A stretch of DNA of 64,000 bases from Adineta vaga (lineage: Eukaryota; Animalia; Rotifera): NCBI GenBank assembly GCA_021613535.1, contig CP075492.1, forward strand, positions 5,642,001 to 5,706,000, written 5' to 3'. Of the stretch, positions 50,093-62,579 are shown piece by piece. The stretch's first letter is position 1, and every line of letters starts with the position of its first letter. The position numbers and the translations under genes were made by a program. Under the pieces are notes generated by a model, which ran no database searches, was not told the DNA's origin, and saw only the letters and a list, made by a program, of their open reading frames with translations.

Positions 50093-51965
50093 ATGATTTT
50101 AACTCGAGAAGATATCGATCCATGTATATTATGTAATATTCTTGCACCGATATTTATATGTGGATTTTTCGGTAATATCATTTGTATAATCGTTTTTCTT
50201 CGTCGTCGTTTTCGTACACGGTCAATCAGTGTTTATTTTATTGCATTATTTTTCATTGATTGTTTACTTTTGTTTATTTCACACGTGGCTAAAATGTTAA
50301 TATTTGATGCTGCTGAATCTTGTTGGTTTAATATATTTCTTTCGAAATTTCTTAATCTTATACATTATAGAGATATAACTGATCATGGCGTTTTATCCGT
50401 TCTTACTTATAATACGATATATACACAAATATCAATGTTAATTTTTATGTTCATGTCTATTCAACGTGTTCGAACATTTTCATCAATATCTTATCGAGAA
50501 AGTCGAATGTGTGCATTTATGTTAACATTAATTGCATTTGTTTATGGTATTGTTATTTCCTATATACAATTATATGATGGATTTTGTATTAAAAAATTAG
50601 AATTAACTACAAATGAGAATAATGTCATTGATAGATTACTTAATGATGCGAACGATGTTTATGATACAGTATGTTCATCGAAATCTATGAATAATTCAGG
50701 TAAAAACATATATTTTCAAAGGAATAACGAGATTTTCTTATCTTTTTGCATCATCGATTGTGATAGACATCCGTTTTGCCACTTTTCTCTGCTATCAGTA
50801 GTTTTGATAAATATAAACAAATACAACGATGCGAAACTATCGATCTTGTCAATTTTTTCTTCATTTTTTAGTATTCGATTCTCTAACTACTGCTTATCAT
50901 CATTATTCAACATCATCATCTGTAATGAATGAATCGTTGAATAGTAGTATTGATCCAATGTGTCATTCCAAACCAGATTGGCACCGTATACGTCAGCGAA
51001 CTATTGCATATGTTTATCTTCAGTCATATATGTCAATTGATTGGCCAGATCAATATGCTAATCGTACGGATTGTGATCCTGATTATAAACTACCGGATCA
51101 TCTTCTACAAGCAATCGATAATTTAACACGACCATTATTAAAATCACGTCCAGGAAAAGATTATTTTCTTGAACATCAATATTGTGCTCAATCATCTCAT
51201 TTCATCGATTCATATCCGAACTGCTCATATCCTTTACCAGCAAATATTTTTCAAAATTTCTATCAATTTTTATATGATCGTCGTTTATCCTTAAAAAATC
51301 GTTATACAATCGGTTTTATTATTGGAACATTCATACCTTCATCAATATGTATCATATCATCATTTATCTGTCTTTATTACATTGCAAATCGACCATTAAT
51401 ACGTAAACATAGTCATTCGCGTGCTGAACTTCGTTCACTATCACTTATTTTAGTTGAAATCTTATTAAGTCTTATGAGTGCATTACAATCATACATTATT
51501 AATTTTTTTACATGCCATCGTTTATTATTTCGTATGGAAACAGATAATTGTTATGGCCCATCAAGTGATAATATTTTACCAATTTTTCTTGGTAGTATAT
51601 TGGAATTGTTTACTTCAACATCAAATATACTGATATTGATGATTTGTGGAGCACAATTTCGTAATGAATTAATTGAAATACTTCATTTAAAGAAATTCTT
51701 TGCCAAAGAAAAACAACGACAAAGTCGAACAGATGAAAGTAAAATTAATACACATCGACCATCAGCTGCTATATTACCTCTTCGAATAACACTCCCATCA
51801 ACATTATCACATAATGATTTGAGTAAAAAACCGACTATTTCTCATGATCCATCTATGGATTCATTTCTTGTATTAAGTCAAAATAAAGATGATATTAGCA
51901 TGACAGAAACCGAACAACCATCCGAAGAAACAAGTCAATTTTTGATTAAATTGACTAGTGTTTAA
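50093..51965 (+). CDS. Divergent class A-like GPCR with very large second extracellular loop, 2 exons
   Basis: GFFGNIICIIVF (TM1), SVYFIALFFID (TM2), MSIQRV (DRY-equivalent), intron 50700-50871, TM5-7, and CGAQFRNEL helix 8. Confidence 0.8.
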
Positions 51966-53127
51966 ATGTAGTATTATTAATTCTAATTTTCTTTTTTTTT
52001 CTTCCTTCTTTTTATATATATATATATATATGTTTCCTTTTATTAAATAAAAGGTTTTTACTTACATATTAATTATGTAAGATGGCGAAGAAAAAGTTAA
52101 ATATACCGGAAAATCTTTTCAATGTGCATCGAATGATTGTAGTACAAACGTTTCTATTATATTCCTTTTCTTTTCGTCCTTTTGGCCCAACTTCTTGTTA
52201 GAAGTAGCGATTTACTTGAGCCAGAAGATTTTCTTTCTTTGACAACAAGATTTATCCTTGAATAATCTTCAAGTTATTCATATCCTTCTAGAAATTGTTC
52301 GTGTTTTTTAGTTTCAAATATTTGAAAAACATACGCAATATGTTTTCTATCTTTCGACAAAAAAAAACTAATTAGAATTAAAGGCCATTAATTCCTTCAC
52401 TGTCAGAACAAGATATAAACAAGCAGCTAAACACTAATTTGAACTTTCTTGTCAACAGTTCGACATTTAAGAACAAAAAAAAACAAAATATTAACAAGTC
52501 AAAGGTCAACAAATTGTTTATATCATCTTTACGAATAAAATTATGCAGTGTTTAGTTGTCAGGTTTGGTTTTAGATAAAAACAAACATTTCAAATGATCT
52601 ATTTGCTTAATTATCACTGTCAGATATGTAAATAAATCATCAATAAATGATGATGTCTAGCAATTATTTCGCTTTTTATTCTCCAGAATTTCATTTGATA
52701 TCGATCTCCTGTCAACTGAGACGTATGTACCGAGTAAGTGCACATAAATTAATTAATCTCGCACATTCCGACTACTAAATATAAACCTTTTATATGTGAA
52801 GAAAATAATTCAATTCATGAATTGTACGCTTCAGAAAACATTAATTGTGCAAAAAATTATGACGTTAATAATGGTAACAAAAGATTTGTGTAAGAAGTCT
52901 TCTTTTTTTTGTCATGACTTTATAATTCTGAAAGAATTTGAAATGGTACATGATGAGCTTCAAGTTTGGTACATTGCGTTGATCTATGAAAATTCAACTG
53001 AATTTTGAAGATTCATCTTCAAGATAGAAATAGTTAATCTAGGTTTATTGAAAAAATAAGATGAAATGAATGATACTCTTATTGTTTTATTGTTATTATT
53101 ATAAGAAGATTAACGATTTGTTTTCTT

Positions 53128-54166
53128 TCATTCTTGTGGTATGATTTGATTGTTGATAATGATTCGTCTTCGCCATTTATTGAAATGTATTCTGTAAAAA
53201 ACGTGAATAAATTGTTGACGAAATCGTCCCGATACACATATGTATACATAAAATGGACTCTAGAAAATCTTCATATGTTAAATGCTTCGAAAAGAAAATC
53301 ATTCGATTACTTACAGCAAAACTCAGATAGAATAAACAAATTGTGAGCGTATTTGCAAATCGAAATTGTTCCGATGTCGTCGTATCAATTCCATCGAAAA
53401 GTGCATTTAAAATCAGAATATAAACAATAACATATGGCATTATCATAATAGTATTAAAGATAACTTGAATAAGAACTATACTTGTTAATTGTCGATCTAA
53501 TTCCCGTCGAACAAGAGGTATGGTTCGATAAGATAAATCTTGAATATTTCGATATGCTAAAATGCCAAATATAATGCAGATAAGCGTTGGAAATAAACAA
53601 TTCCAAATCACAAGATGAACTGCTATATAATAGATTTGAAAGATAAAATTGTTGACAATACAAATCGAATGACCTAGTGTAATTGATTGAATTTGATCAT
53701 AAAAAATCCAGTAAGGAATACCATGTAACAACCAAATAATTACTGATAGAATAGTTAAGCGATGTGCAACTTTAATATTACTCCATTGTTGCCATTGACG
53801 TGTATAACAAGTAGCTAGAAATTGATCGATTATTGCTAAACACATACATGTCATTGAAATTGATACACATGTTTGTAAACAAAATTGTCGAAATTTACAA
53901 TAAAATATCGATGTTTGTGTCCAATCGATATTAAATCCGCTGATCATAATACGTGTAAATAAACCTGTAATTAATTGGCCATTATTAACAATAGACATGA
54001 TAGTTAAATAGAATGCACATGAATTTTGTCGAAATGTTTGTAAACTTAGAAAAACAATGATATTAATTATATTACCAAGAAGACCAGCACTAAGAATTGG
54101 AATACCCGCATAGATTGTTATTTGTTGAGAGATAAACTCTAATGAAGATCTATTCGATTCTGTCAT
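53128..54166 (-). CDS. Class A-like 7TM receptor (rotifer-expanded chemoreceptor type), 2 exons
   Basis: GLLGNIINIIVF, NSCAFYL, CKFRQF, CLAIIDQF, RELDRQLT. Intron ~53261-53313, then SPFYVYICVSGRFRQQF. Confidence 0.88.
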
Positions 54167-54680
54167 TGTTGAAATTAGAAAATTTAATGAATGTATTCGT
54201 ATTTAAAATAACAAAGGTCACCTACATAGAGAGAAGAATCGATTTTATCAAATAATTCAAACCATAAACTACTTTGTTTTACTGAATAATGTCATTAATG
54301 TTGATTGTTCTACAGTAGTTTGACACAGGTCATTGATATAAGTACTCTTAATGATTAAGAAATATGTAGGTTGTAGTTCTTAAATAACTCTATTTACTTT
54401 TTAATGAATAGTAGCAATGATTCTAGATGAAATTCAGATGATTATAAAGCATCAAGTCAGGTAGGATGAATATTTCAAGATCAGAAAAACTAATGAATTC
54501 TAATCTCTCTTTAGATAAGCGGTTTATTTTTCCATTTTCTTTAATCTGTCAGCTATGAAGATCAGGAATAATAATATGACATTTCTAAATATTTTATTTA
54601 ATAAATATATAGTACATGCATTGAGTGAAAAACAAAGATTTTATTTAATTAATAAATACAATGCTCCAAACGTTTGATAA

Positions 54681-55353
54681 TTAAACTGTTGCTTAAAAAA
54701 AAAGAAAATTTTGAATTCAATATATCATGTCGAATGATGATGAAACTTACCAGAATTTTGATAACGTTGACATTCCTTGAAAAAAATATATTTGTCATTG
54801 ATGTAAACATTGAAAAAATAGAGAAGCTTACTTTTAAAGCTTCCCAAAATCCTTGACATAGTTTTGAATCTCCATTTGTATTATCCAGACATTTCATAAA
54901 TTCTTTTTGATATAGATTACATCGTTCTGTACTATACCTTTCTGCAGAATCTTGATACAATGGTTGAGATGTTGGGCCAGTTGTTGTTTCTGACGTAGCA
55001 ACTGATTGATCATGATAATGATGACCGCCTACAATATGTGAAAGAACATTTATGTTACACCATCTCAATATTTATATGTATTTACCAGTTATTGCAGCAC
55101 CGACGCTATGTCCAACAGCTGAACCAACGGCAACACCGCCAGCTATAGCAGCCATTTGTCCAAACAGGCCAGGTTGACGGCCAACTGGAGTTGAAACAGT
55201 TGGAGGAGCTGCTACTACTGAACGAGTTGATCTTGGAGCAGGAGCTCTTGAAATCAAAATTTCGATAAATAGGAAACGAAATGAAAGATTTTAACTGAGT
55301 ACATACCGAGTAGGTGAGGAAAAACGCATACCACCACCTGAACGACGAGGCAT
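54681..55353 (-). CDS. CHCHD2: Mitochondrial CHCHD2/CHCHD10-like twin CX9C protein (multi-exon)
   Basis: MPRRSGGG...; [31 protein letters not shown]; [11 protein letters not shown]...[11 protein letters not shown]. Confidence 0.92.
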
Positions 55354-55812
55354 TTTATTAGCGAGAAATGTTGTTTGTATATTGGAAGAAATATGTATTA
55401 GAATACTACAACAGAATCGATTATTTATATAGATATAGATATTCTTCGAGAACAGAAAGAGAGCAATTGGTGCAATGACGACATGCGGAATTCTGACTCA
55501 TGAAACAACCATCAGATCTGATCTGATCAGTCATAGATGTATTCAAGAACATTCTCGTTTCTCTTCTTTATAGAAAAAGAGATTTGTTTTATTCATGTAT
55601 GAAAAATAATAAGAACTACAATTTTGATATTGTCGATTTCTGCAAGCAAGATTTTTCTATGTATAAAACTCATCATCATTGAGGTAAGTATCTTTATTTT
55701 GATTGGTAACGCACAATACATGTTCTTAAAATGTCATATATTTTGCACATTTCTATAAAAAAAATAGTAAACTCTTCATCACAGAATAAGAAGATGCACA
55801 AGTAATCCTTTT

Positions 55813-58132
55813 TTAATCAAAGAAGTCATCTACGTCATGATTTGTTGTTGGACCCGAAGGAGGAGGAGGAGTTGATGATATAATCTTATCATTAGCTTTA
55901 TTTGCATTGTTAGCGGACGGATTCCTGTCAAAACTTTGTTCATCATCTTCATGCATGTCATCTCCATTTGATAAAGCAAAATCTTCATCATCGACAACCG
56001 GATCATCATCTCTATTATCAGGTTTTGGTGATGATTCTTTTCGAGGTGGAGAAGTTGATGGTATAACCTCGTCATTGTTCGAAACATCTTTATTAGCTTT
56101 ATCTGCGTTGTTAACGGATGTATTTCCATCAAAATCTTGTTCAAAATCGTCTTGAGTATCATCTCCACCCGGGAAAACAGAATCTTTATCAGATTTCGAT
56201 GATGATTCTAAAAAAAGAGAGAACAAACATGATGCTTGATATAAAATAAAACTGATAAGTACTTTGTGGTTTCACAACAATTGGTGATGGTGCTAAATAA
56301 AATAAATGATTTCAAATCTTTCACATAAAAAAGAAAACAACAAACTTCGAGATTTTGCGCGAGCATTATTTTCACGATTTATTGTTGGTGTGGTTTTTAT
56401 AGCTGATTCTGGTGCTGCAATAGTCGTTAGAAAAATAATTGTACTTAAAATAACTAAAAAATATATGTTTACATACGCTCTTTCGGTAGAACAGTTATTT
56501 TTGAGTCATCTCCAAATACTCCTTCGATTAAATCATCCTCTGCAACACTTTGAGTTCGCGGTGTCGATTGAAATAATGGTTGTGGCGGAACATCAACTAT
56601 TGAACTTCGGCCCGTGTCCGTATTTGTTGCAGGTACTGGAACTACTTTCTTAACAGATGAGATCGGTCGAGATGGAGCAGACTTAACTTTTGTTGTTATA
56701 GGTGCATTTGTTGGTGTAGGTTTTACTGGACGTGGAATAGGTGGTCTAGGTTTGATCGTAGCCGCACTATTTTCCCATGCAGATTTAACTTTACTCTCAG
56801 CAGTTGCGATACGTGTTTTTAATTTTGGATCACCACTTGGAATTTGCTTGGTAGTTTTCTTCCATACGATTGGTTCAGTTTTTGATCTAATTGGAGCCGT
56901 GAATTCAGATTTTACAGTAGGTTCAAAATATTTTGGATTTTTTCTTTTAGATTCTAGCGATGGTGGATGCCATACTGGTTCATGTATTTGTGTTGGTACT
57001 ACTTTACTATTTGGATCAAAAGCACGAAAAGGTTTAGTTTTCGGAACACCACCAGGTTTCCACGCCGGTTCACGTGTCGGTTTTGGTTGTGTAGGTGGAG
57101 CATTCGAACCCATAAACTTCGGATGTTTAATCGAACCATTTGGTCGCCAAACAGGAGCTGTAACCGAGAATGAACTAGCAGAACAACGAAGTAAATTAGG
57201 AGAAGTATCATGACGAAAACGCGATTTCAACGACGATGATCTTGGACGTTCTAGAATAGATAATCTCTTTTAAATTATTCATCTTTATTGAAACCTGTAC
57301 CTTTACAATCAGATAATCGACTTGAGGGTTGAATCAGTTGGTTATCATAATCTGGTGCTCTAGGTGTACGATAAGTACTTTCTTCGGAGTAAGAATTTCG
57401 TCGAATAGGTATCTCATCAGGAAGCCATGGAATTCGATTATCAGGACGATTTCGAATACGTCGAGTATAACCTTGATCACGTGTTGGATATATATCCACT
57501 GTCAATGGATCATCTTGTACATATGCATCTGATGTTGATACGAGTAGTTGATCGACATCAGACGTGGATTTTTGTGGTGGTGGTTGTTGCTGTTGCCGTC
57601 GTCGTCGTGGAATATGAACTTTATATGTTATACGTGCATTATGTTTTTCAGGTACAATCTCTTCAGATTCTGATGATGAATCCTGTTGATTCGATGAGTA
57701 AGAATGATGTGTTGAATGCGATATTGGATAATGCTGAACATGATAATGTGTCGGAGATGGTTGAGAGTAATTGGGTAGGTCAGATTGTGCAAGTGTGTAG
57801 CACAATTCATCATTAATTTGACGTAATTTTGATATTGCTTGTGAAGGAGGTGGAGAATGTACAGGATGATGATGATGAATGATCACAGATGATGAAGGTG
57901 AAGTTTGATAATCTTGAAATTCGGGAAGATGATATTCATTTGGATGATATAAATCAAAATTAAACTTTGGATTTGATGAATTCAACGAAGACGATATCGA
58001 TTGACTTGGTTGTGATGAAAACGAAGAAGTAGGTATAAAGATATGAGGTTGACGGCGCACAGAATTTGGTGATGAATTATATACCGAATCAAAATTGGAC
58101 ATAACATGTGCATATTGGATTGATCGATCCAT
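55813..58132 (-). CDS. Uncharacterised Pro/Ser/His-rich disordered protein with repeated W-[RKH]-P motifs, 5 exons
   Basis: Long ORFs 58132-57301, 57250-56477 and 56207-55813, plus two small exons, join by GT-AG introns in phase. Confidence 0.7.
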
Positions 58133-58473
58133 TATGTTGTCGTTATATTCCAAAATTGAGATTTATTTGTGTCAGATTTAAACAATCGCCATCCGACAAA
58201 GTTCTTCTGAATGTTTCCATAGAAATATCATACTTAGTTAGATTAAAAAGGAATGAATAAAATGGTACATTGGCAAATAAATAGATATGTAAATAGAATT
58301 CATTATTATAATTAAAATTGATACGTGTATTTAGTTAAAATGAAAATAATCAATTGAAGATTATGCTGACATCTATCGACACTAGGGATGTGCAGTTTCA
58401 GTGCAAATACTGAAAAACTGTCGCTAACAGCACTGGAATCGGTGTTCGGTGGAACACTGACTTCGTTAAAATG

Positions 58474-59174
58474 TAGGCATAATAATAGTTCTACTCTTAT
58501 TTATTAAGAAATACAATTGAGAGATGCACACTTGTACATTCATAAAATAATATACTGTCTTTATTTACATAAAAATATTATCCTTATTGAAATTCTTGGT
58601 TTTTATTTATACGGTTAGTTGTAGAAAGAGATTCTAAAGCAAAGTAGAGTTTTATGCTATTGAATTTAACACATTTTGTGAAGTAATTTAAAGGTACGAT
58701 ATAAAACAACTATTTTATATTTATATTCAAGTCAGATAAAAACCTTACTATAGATTAACAGATGAAACGTTTTGGTAAATAGAAAGTTTGTATTATGAAC
58801 CATCCTGAGAGGGTAAGGTTTGCTTATAACAAGGATTTCAATAAGAATAGTATTTACACGTAATCAAGACACTATATCGGCAAAACCAGAGTTACGGAAT
58901 TTCATTTTATGAAATTGTAATGTTCAAATCTCTTCGTTAATGAATGTAAATACTCTAACATTTTAGCTGTATATACAGATTATTTAGATCTAATATTAGT
59001 GTACATTTTGTTTATTCTACTTTTGGTTTTAAAAACAATTCTTTCAAATAAAAATCTTCCGCAACGAAGGCTACTGCTGGCTGGTTTTGCTGATATGATT
59101 TTATAGCTGTATAAGTGCGCATCTCTCAATTGCATTTCTTAAAAAAAATAAGAATAGAACTATTATTATGCCTA
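58474..59174. mobile_element. MITE-like non-autonomous DNA transposon with ~65-bp terminal inverted repeats, TA at both ends
   Basis: 58474-58538 TAGGCATAATAATAGTTCTACTCTTAT...GAGAGATGCACACTTGTACA is the reverse complement of 59108-59174, with ~5 substitutions and a 2-nt indel. No ORF inside. Confidence 0.75.
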
Positions 59175-59793
59175 GTCGAGACTTGTTTAATGTCATACAC
59201 ATCCCGTTAATTACACATCAAGGAATGACTGAAATAGTACATCAAAAGCACAAAAGAAAATACCATCCTGTAGTCATCAAGTATATCTACTTGAATTGAA
59301 ATAATATTCTTCATTTGTCCTCAAATGACAAACTCTACAGTTTATCACATTATAAGATATGACGTCACATAGTGCAATTCTTTCTGAACGACATTATTGT
59401 TGTGATACACTTAAAAAACAATAAAGATATACCAATTGTTGAAAACTGAGGGTTAACGATATTTTCAAGGGTTCGAAAAGTTTTTTCCAAAGAAACGCCT
59501 TTCAACTATAGAATAGATATGTTCCTTTTGTGCTCGATGTAAATTCCATGAAGATTTGATCCATCTTTATATTATGTTCTCATTTCTAAATGAATTTTGA
59601 GAACATTCCATAATTCTTAACTGCTAGAGAAAAACAATTCATACTTATTATTATCTCCGGTCTTGCGAATACTACTTTTTGAAGATAATTAATAACAATA
59701 ACTGACACATCTAATTTAAGTTTTGATTGGTTACTATTTCTTTTATAGCTAAAAAAGAAATCTCAAAAGTAGATAAAAATTCTTCAATAAACA

Positions 59794-60765
59794 ATGTCTT
59801 CGTCGATGTTACCACGAGTTCAAGCAGAAATTGTTCGTTATGGAATGACAATTGTTTTAATTTTAGGCGTGATTGGTAATTCTTTAGTTATTATTCTATT
59901 CAGTCGACGTCGTTCAAATTCATGCGCAATTTACCTAATAGGTTCAGCAATATTAAACATTCTAGCTTTGATATTGATAATAATTCTTCAAGTCTATAAT
60001 CTCTATCATCAAGATCCAACTAGTCATTCTCTTCTACTCTGCAAACTACGTGTCTATTTTGCTCATGCATGGGTTCAATCAGCCAAATATTTAATGATAT
60101 GCGCATGTATTGATCGATATTTATTGACTATAAATAACATTCGTTTTCGTGCGTTACATCGTTCAGTAGTAGCACGACGAATTGCAATTACTATCGTAAT
60201 CTTCTATCATATCTTTATCATTCATTTACCAATTATGTCAACAATTGTCAATGGAAGATGTGTTCAAGTCGGTATCTATAATGTTTTCTATCAAACTCAT
60301 GTTCTCTTATTTCTTTGTTTAATTCCACCGATACTCATGGCTATTTTTGGTTATTTAGCTTATAGAAATATGAAAAATTTACATAAACGTATTCGACCAA
60401 TTGATGTCAATACTATTGTTGGTAATGATAGATATATTCCGATTGATAGTCGTGATCGAGATTTATTAACTATAGTACTTGTTGAAATATCTTTGTATAT
60501 TATAACAATGTCTTATTATCCATTTGTTTTACTTGAAATTTCAATTACAACATATTTAGGCATCAATAAAAGCATTGGACATCTTGAAATTGAAAGTTTT
60601 CTAGCAACATTTTCAATGTTTCTTATTTATGTGAATAGTGCTGCTCCTTTCTATGTATATGTAGTTGTTTCGAAAATATTTCGGAGAGATTGCAACGAAC
60701 TTTTTACTAAATTCAAATGTCGATTTATTTGGCAAAATAATCAAATAAACATAACACAAGCTTAA
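59794..60765 (+). CDS. Class A-like 7TM receptor (rotifer-expanded type), intronless
   Basis: LGVIGNSLVIILF, NSCAIYL, LCKLRVY, CACIDRY, SRDRDLL, NSAAPFYVYVVVSKIFR. Confidence 0.9.
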   Translation: MSSSMLPRVQAEIVRYGMTIVLILGVIGNSLVIILFSRRRSNSCAIYLIGSAILNILALILIIILQVYNLYHQDPTSHSLLLCKLRVYFAHAWVQSAKYLMICACIDRYLLTINNIRFRALHRSVVARRIAITIVIFYHIFIIHLPIMSTIVNGRCVQVGIYNVFYQTHVLLFLCLIPPILMAIFGYLAYRNMKNLHKRIRPIDVNTIVGNDRYIPIDSRDRDLLTIVLVEISLYIITMSYYPFVLLEISITTYLGINKSIGHLEIESFLATFSMFLIYVNSAAPFYVYVVVSKIFRRDCNELFTKFKCRFIWQNNQINITQA

Positions 60766-60855
60766 TTATATCAAACTTGCGATCATACTGTATCTTCTCA
60801 TGTTTTCTTATGGAATAAATTGAACGCTATGATGTGATAGGATATTATTTTATTT

Positions 60856-61320
60856 TTAGAATTGAGTAAGATATTCTTCTCTCATTTTTTGTAACTTTTC
60901 AATCAATGATTCAATTCCTTTAATTGCTTGTCCACTTTCGAATATGACTCGTTTGCTGCCATTGTTCCAATCGACTTGAATCCATTCAATACCACCATCA
61001 GCACAACCTGGACATCCAATAGTATCATCTAAATTTGAAAATACTTGTGGTGTAAGAAGAGCCAAAAGTTCTTCCCATTGATTGGACGCAAATGTAAAGG
61101 ATTGGCGAAGTGGTGGATAAGATTCTTGAGCAAAATTTGGTTGTTTTGTTGCAATTAATTGAATTGGATTGATGGTAGCATTAATGGATTGTTGACAATA
61201 ACCACGGCATCTTCCAAAAGAAAGACCACTGGAGATTGAACGAACATCTTTCCGTTCGAAATTTCCATAGACAACGGAAAGAAGAGAGAGAGCGAGGAGA
61301 TATTGCCACGATACTTGCAT
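60856..61320 (-). CDS. Secreted intronless protein resembling bacterial hypothetical proteins (HGT candidate)
   Basis: Signal peptide; motifs SFGRCRGYC and IGCPGCADGGIEWIQV; 154-aa uninterrupted ORF. Confidence 0.75.
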   Translation of the reverse strand: MQVSWQYLLALSLLSVVYGNFERKDVRSISSGLSFGRCRGYCQQSINATINPIQLIATKQPNFAQESYPPLRQSFTFASNQWEELLALLTPQVFSNLDDTIGCPGCADGGIEWIQVDWNNGSKRVIFESGQAIKGIESLIEKLQKMREEYLTQF

Positions 61321-61582
61321 GATGGTTTTTCTTCAGGAATATAAGGAATCAAATGTGATTTGTAGCTTCGAAAGTACTTGATTTATATATTGACAAAGCG
61401 ATAAGATACAATAAATCACTTTTCAGGATTGTTGATAATTATAAAATAAATCCTTTACAAATTGATATTCATTGTTTTCGATATTGTATGATTAAGTCCA
61501 TTATATCTTGTATGAAAATATGAAATTGATTTTTATGATTCGAAATTGAAGATATTTCCTCAATTATTCAATTTATTTTATT

Positions 61583-61975
61583 TTAGAAAGTTTTTTCTTT
61601 TGATTTCACTGATGAAAATATACGTTGACAATAAAATATACTACAACTAATCAGTTTTTTCAATTCAATATAATCAAGATACACAATCGTATAGCATAAC
61701 CAATCTAAATCATAATATGCGTACCATGGATATGAATTGTTTACTGATATTAAAGATTCTACTGCATGTTCAATACCACCATGTAATTTCATTATTGTTT
61801 GAATTTCATTTGATATTTTTCTTTGGAGTCGCTTTGCCATCGGATTTAAGCATCTTTTCTTTCAATTATTCAGATGTAATTGTATGTTGATTTAACCTTT
61901 TACCAACACTTACATCTTCTGAACGTTGTGCCATATCATTTTGACATGCATAGAAATGAATAAGGCTCTTCTTGA
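61583..61975 (-). pseudogene. Probable UDP-glycosyltransferase C-terminal relic
   Basis: FYACQNDMAQRSEDVSVGKRLNQHTITSE*LKEKM..., a frameshift, then IMKLHGGIEHAVESL...PWYAYYDLD and a hydrophobic stretch with a Lys-rich end. This resembles a UGT C-terminus. Confidence 0.45.
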
Positions 61976-62579
61976 TTTTTGTTCAATTGATAAATCAATA
62001 AGAAATAACAAAATAAGAAATTGTTGGAACAGATATCGAATATTGCAAATTGTTGATTGTACTATGGAGTATAGTGTGTATTTCTTGAAATTATCTACTT
62101 GATACTATAAGCAAAACTTCACATAAAGATTTAGATGTATAATAATCAATTCTAATATATTGACTCGTCCAAACAGAAATAACACTATATAATACCAACA
62201 ATATTTTAGTTTTCAATGCTAGTAGAACATGAAACAGGACGGTAAAGACGTCAACAGATATTTTCTTATCTCATAATCATCACTGTAGTATCCTTATATT
62301 GCTGAAATTATGTATGAAATATGTTTTGCTCTTGTTTGATACTTATAATAATAGTTTTTGATAGTTAATTTCAATGAATTGTATGCTATCTGTTTTTTAG
62401 TGCTATAGATATCAAGATTTCGATAGCAATTCGTAGCATTCTTTATCAATTATCTAAATCTCATATTATTATACGCATGAAAAGTCATTTTAGTATGAAT
62501 TTATTATGTTGCAGTTTTTCTTTTCAATCAGTAAAATAATCATGTCTGTTTCTTATGTTTAACGAAGGAAAAACAGCGA

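Noticed and set aside
56614-57213. 199-aa plus-strand ORF
   Set aside because: Antisense to the Pro/Lys-rich exon of the minus-strand gene, with composition explained by reverse-complement codons.
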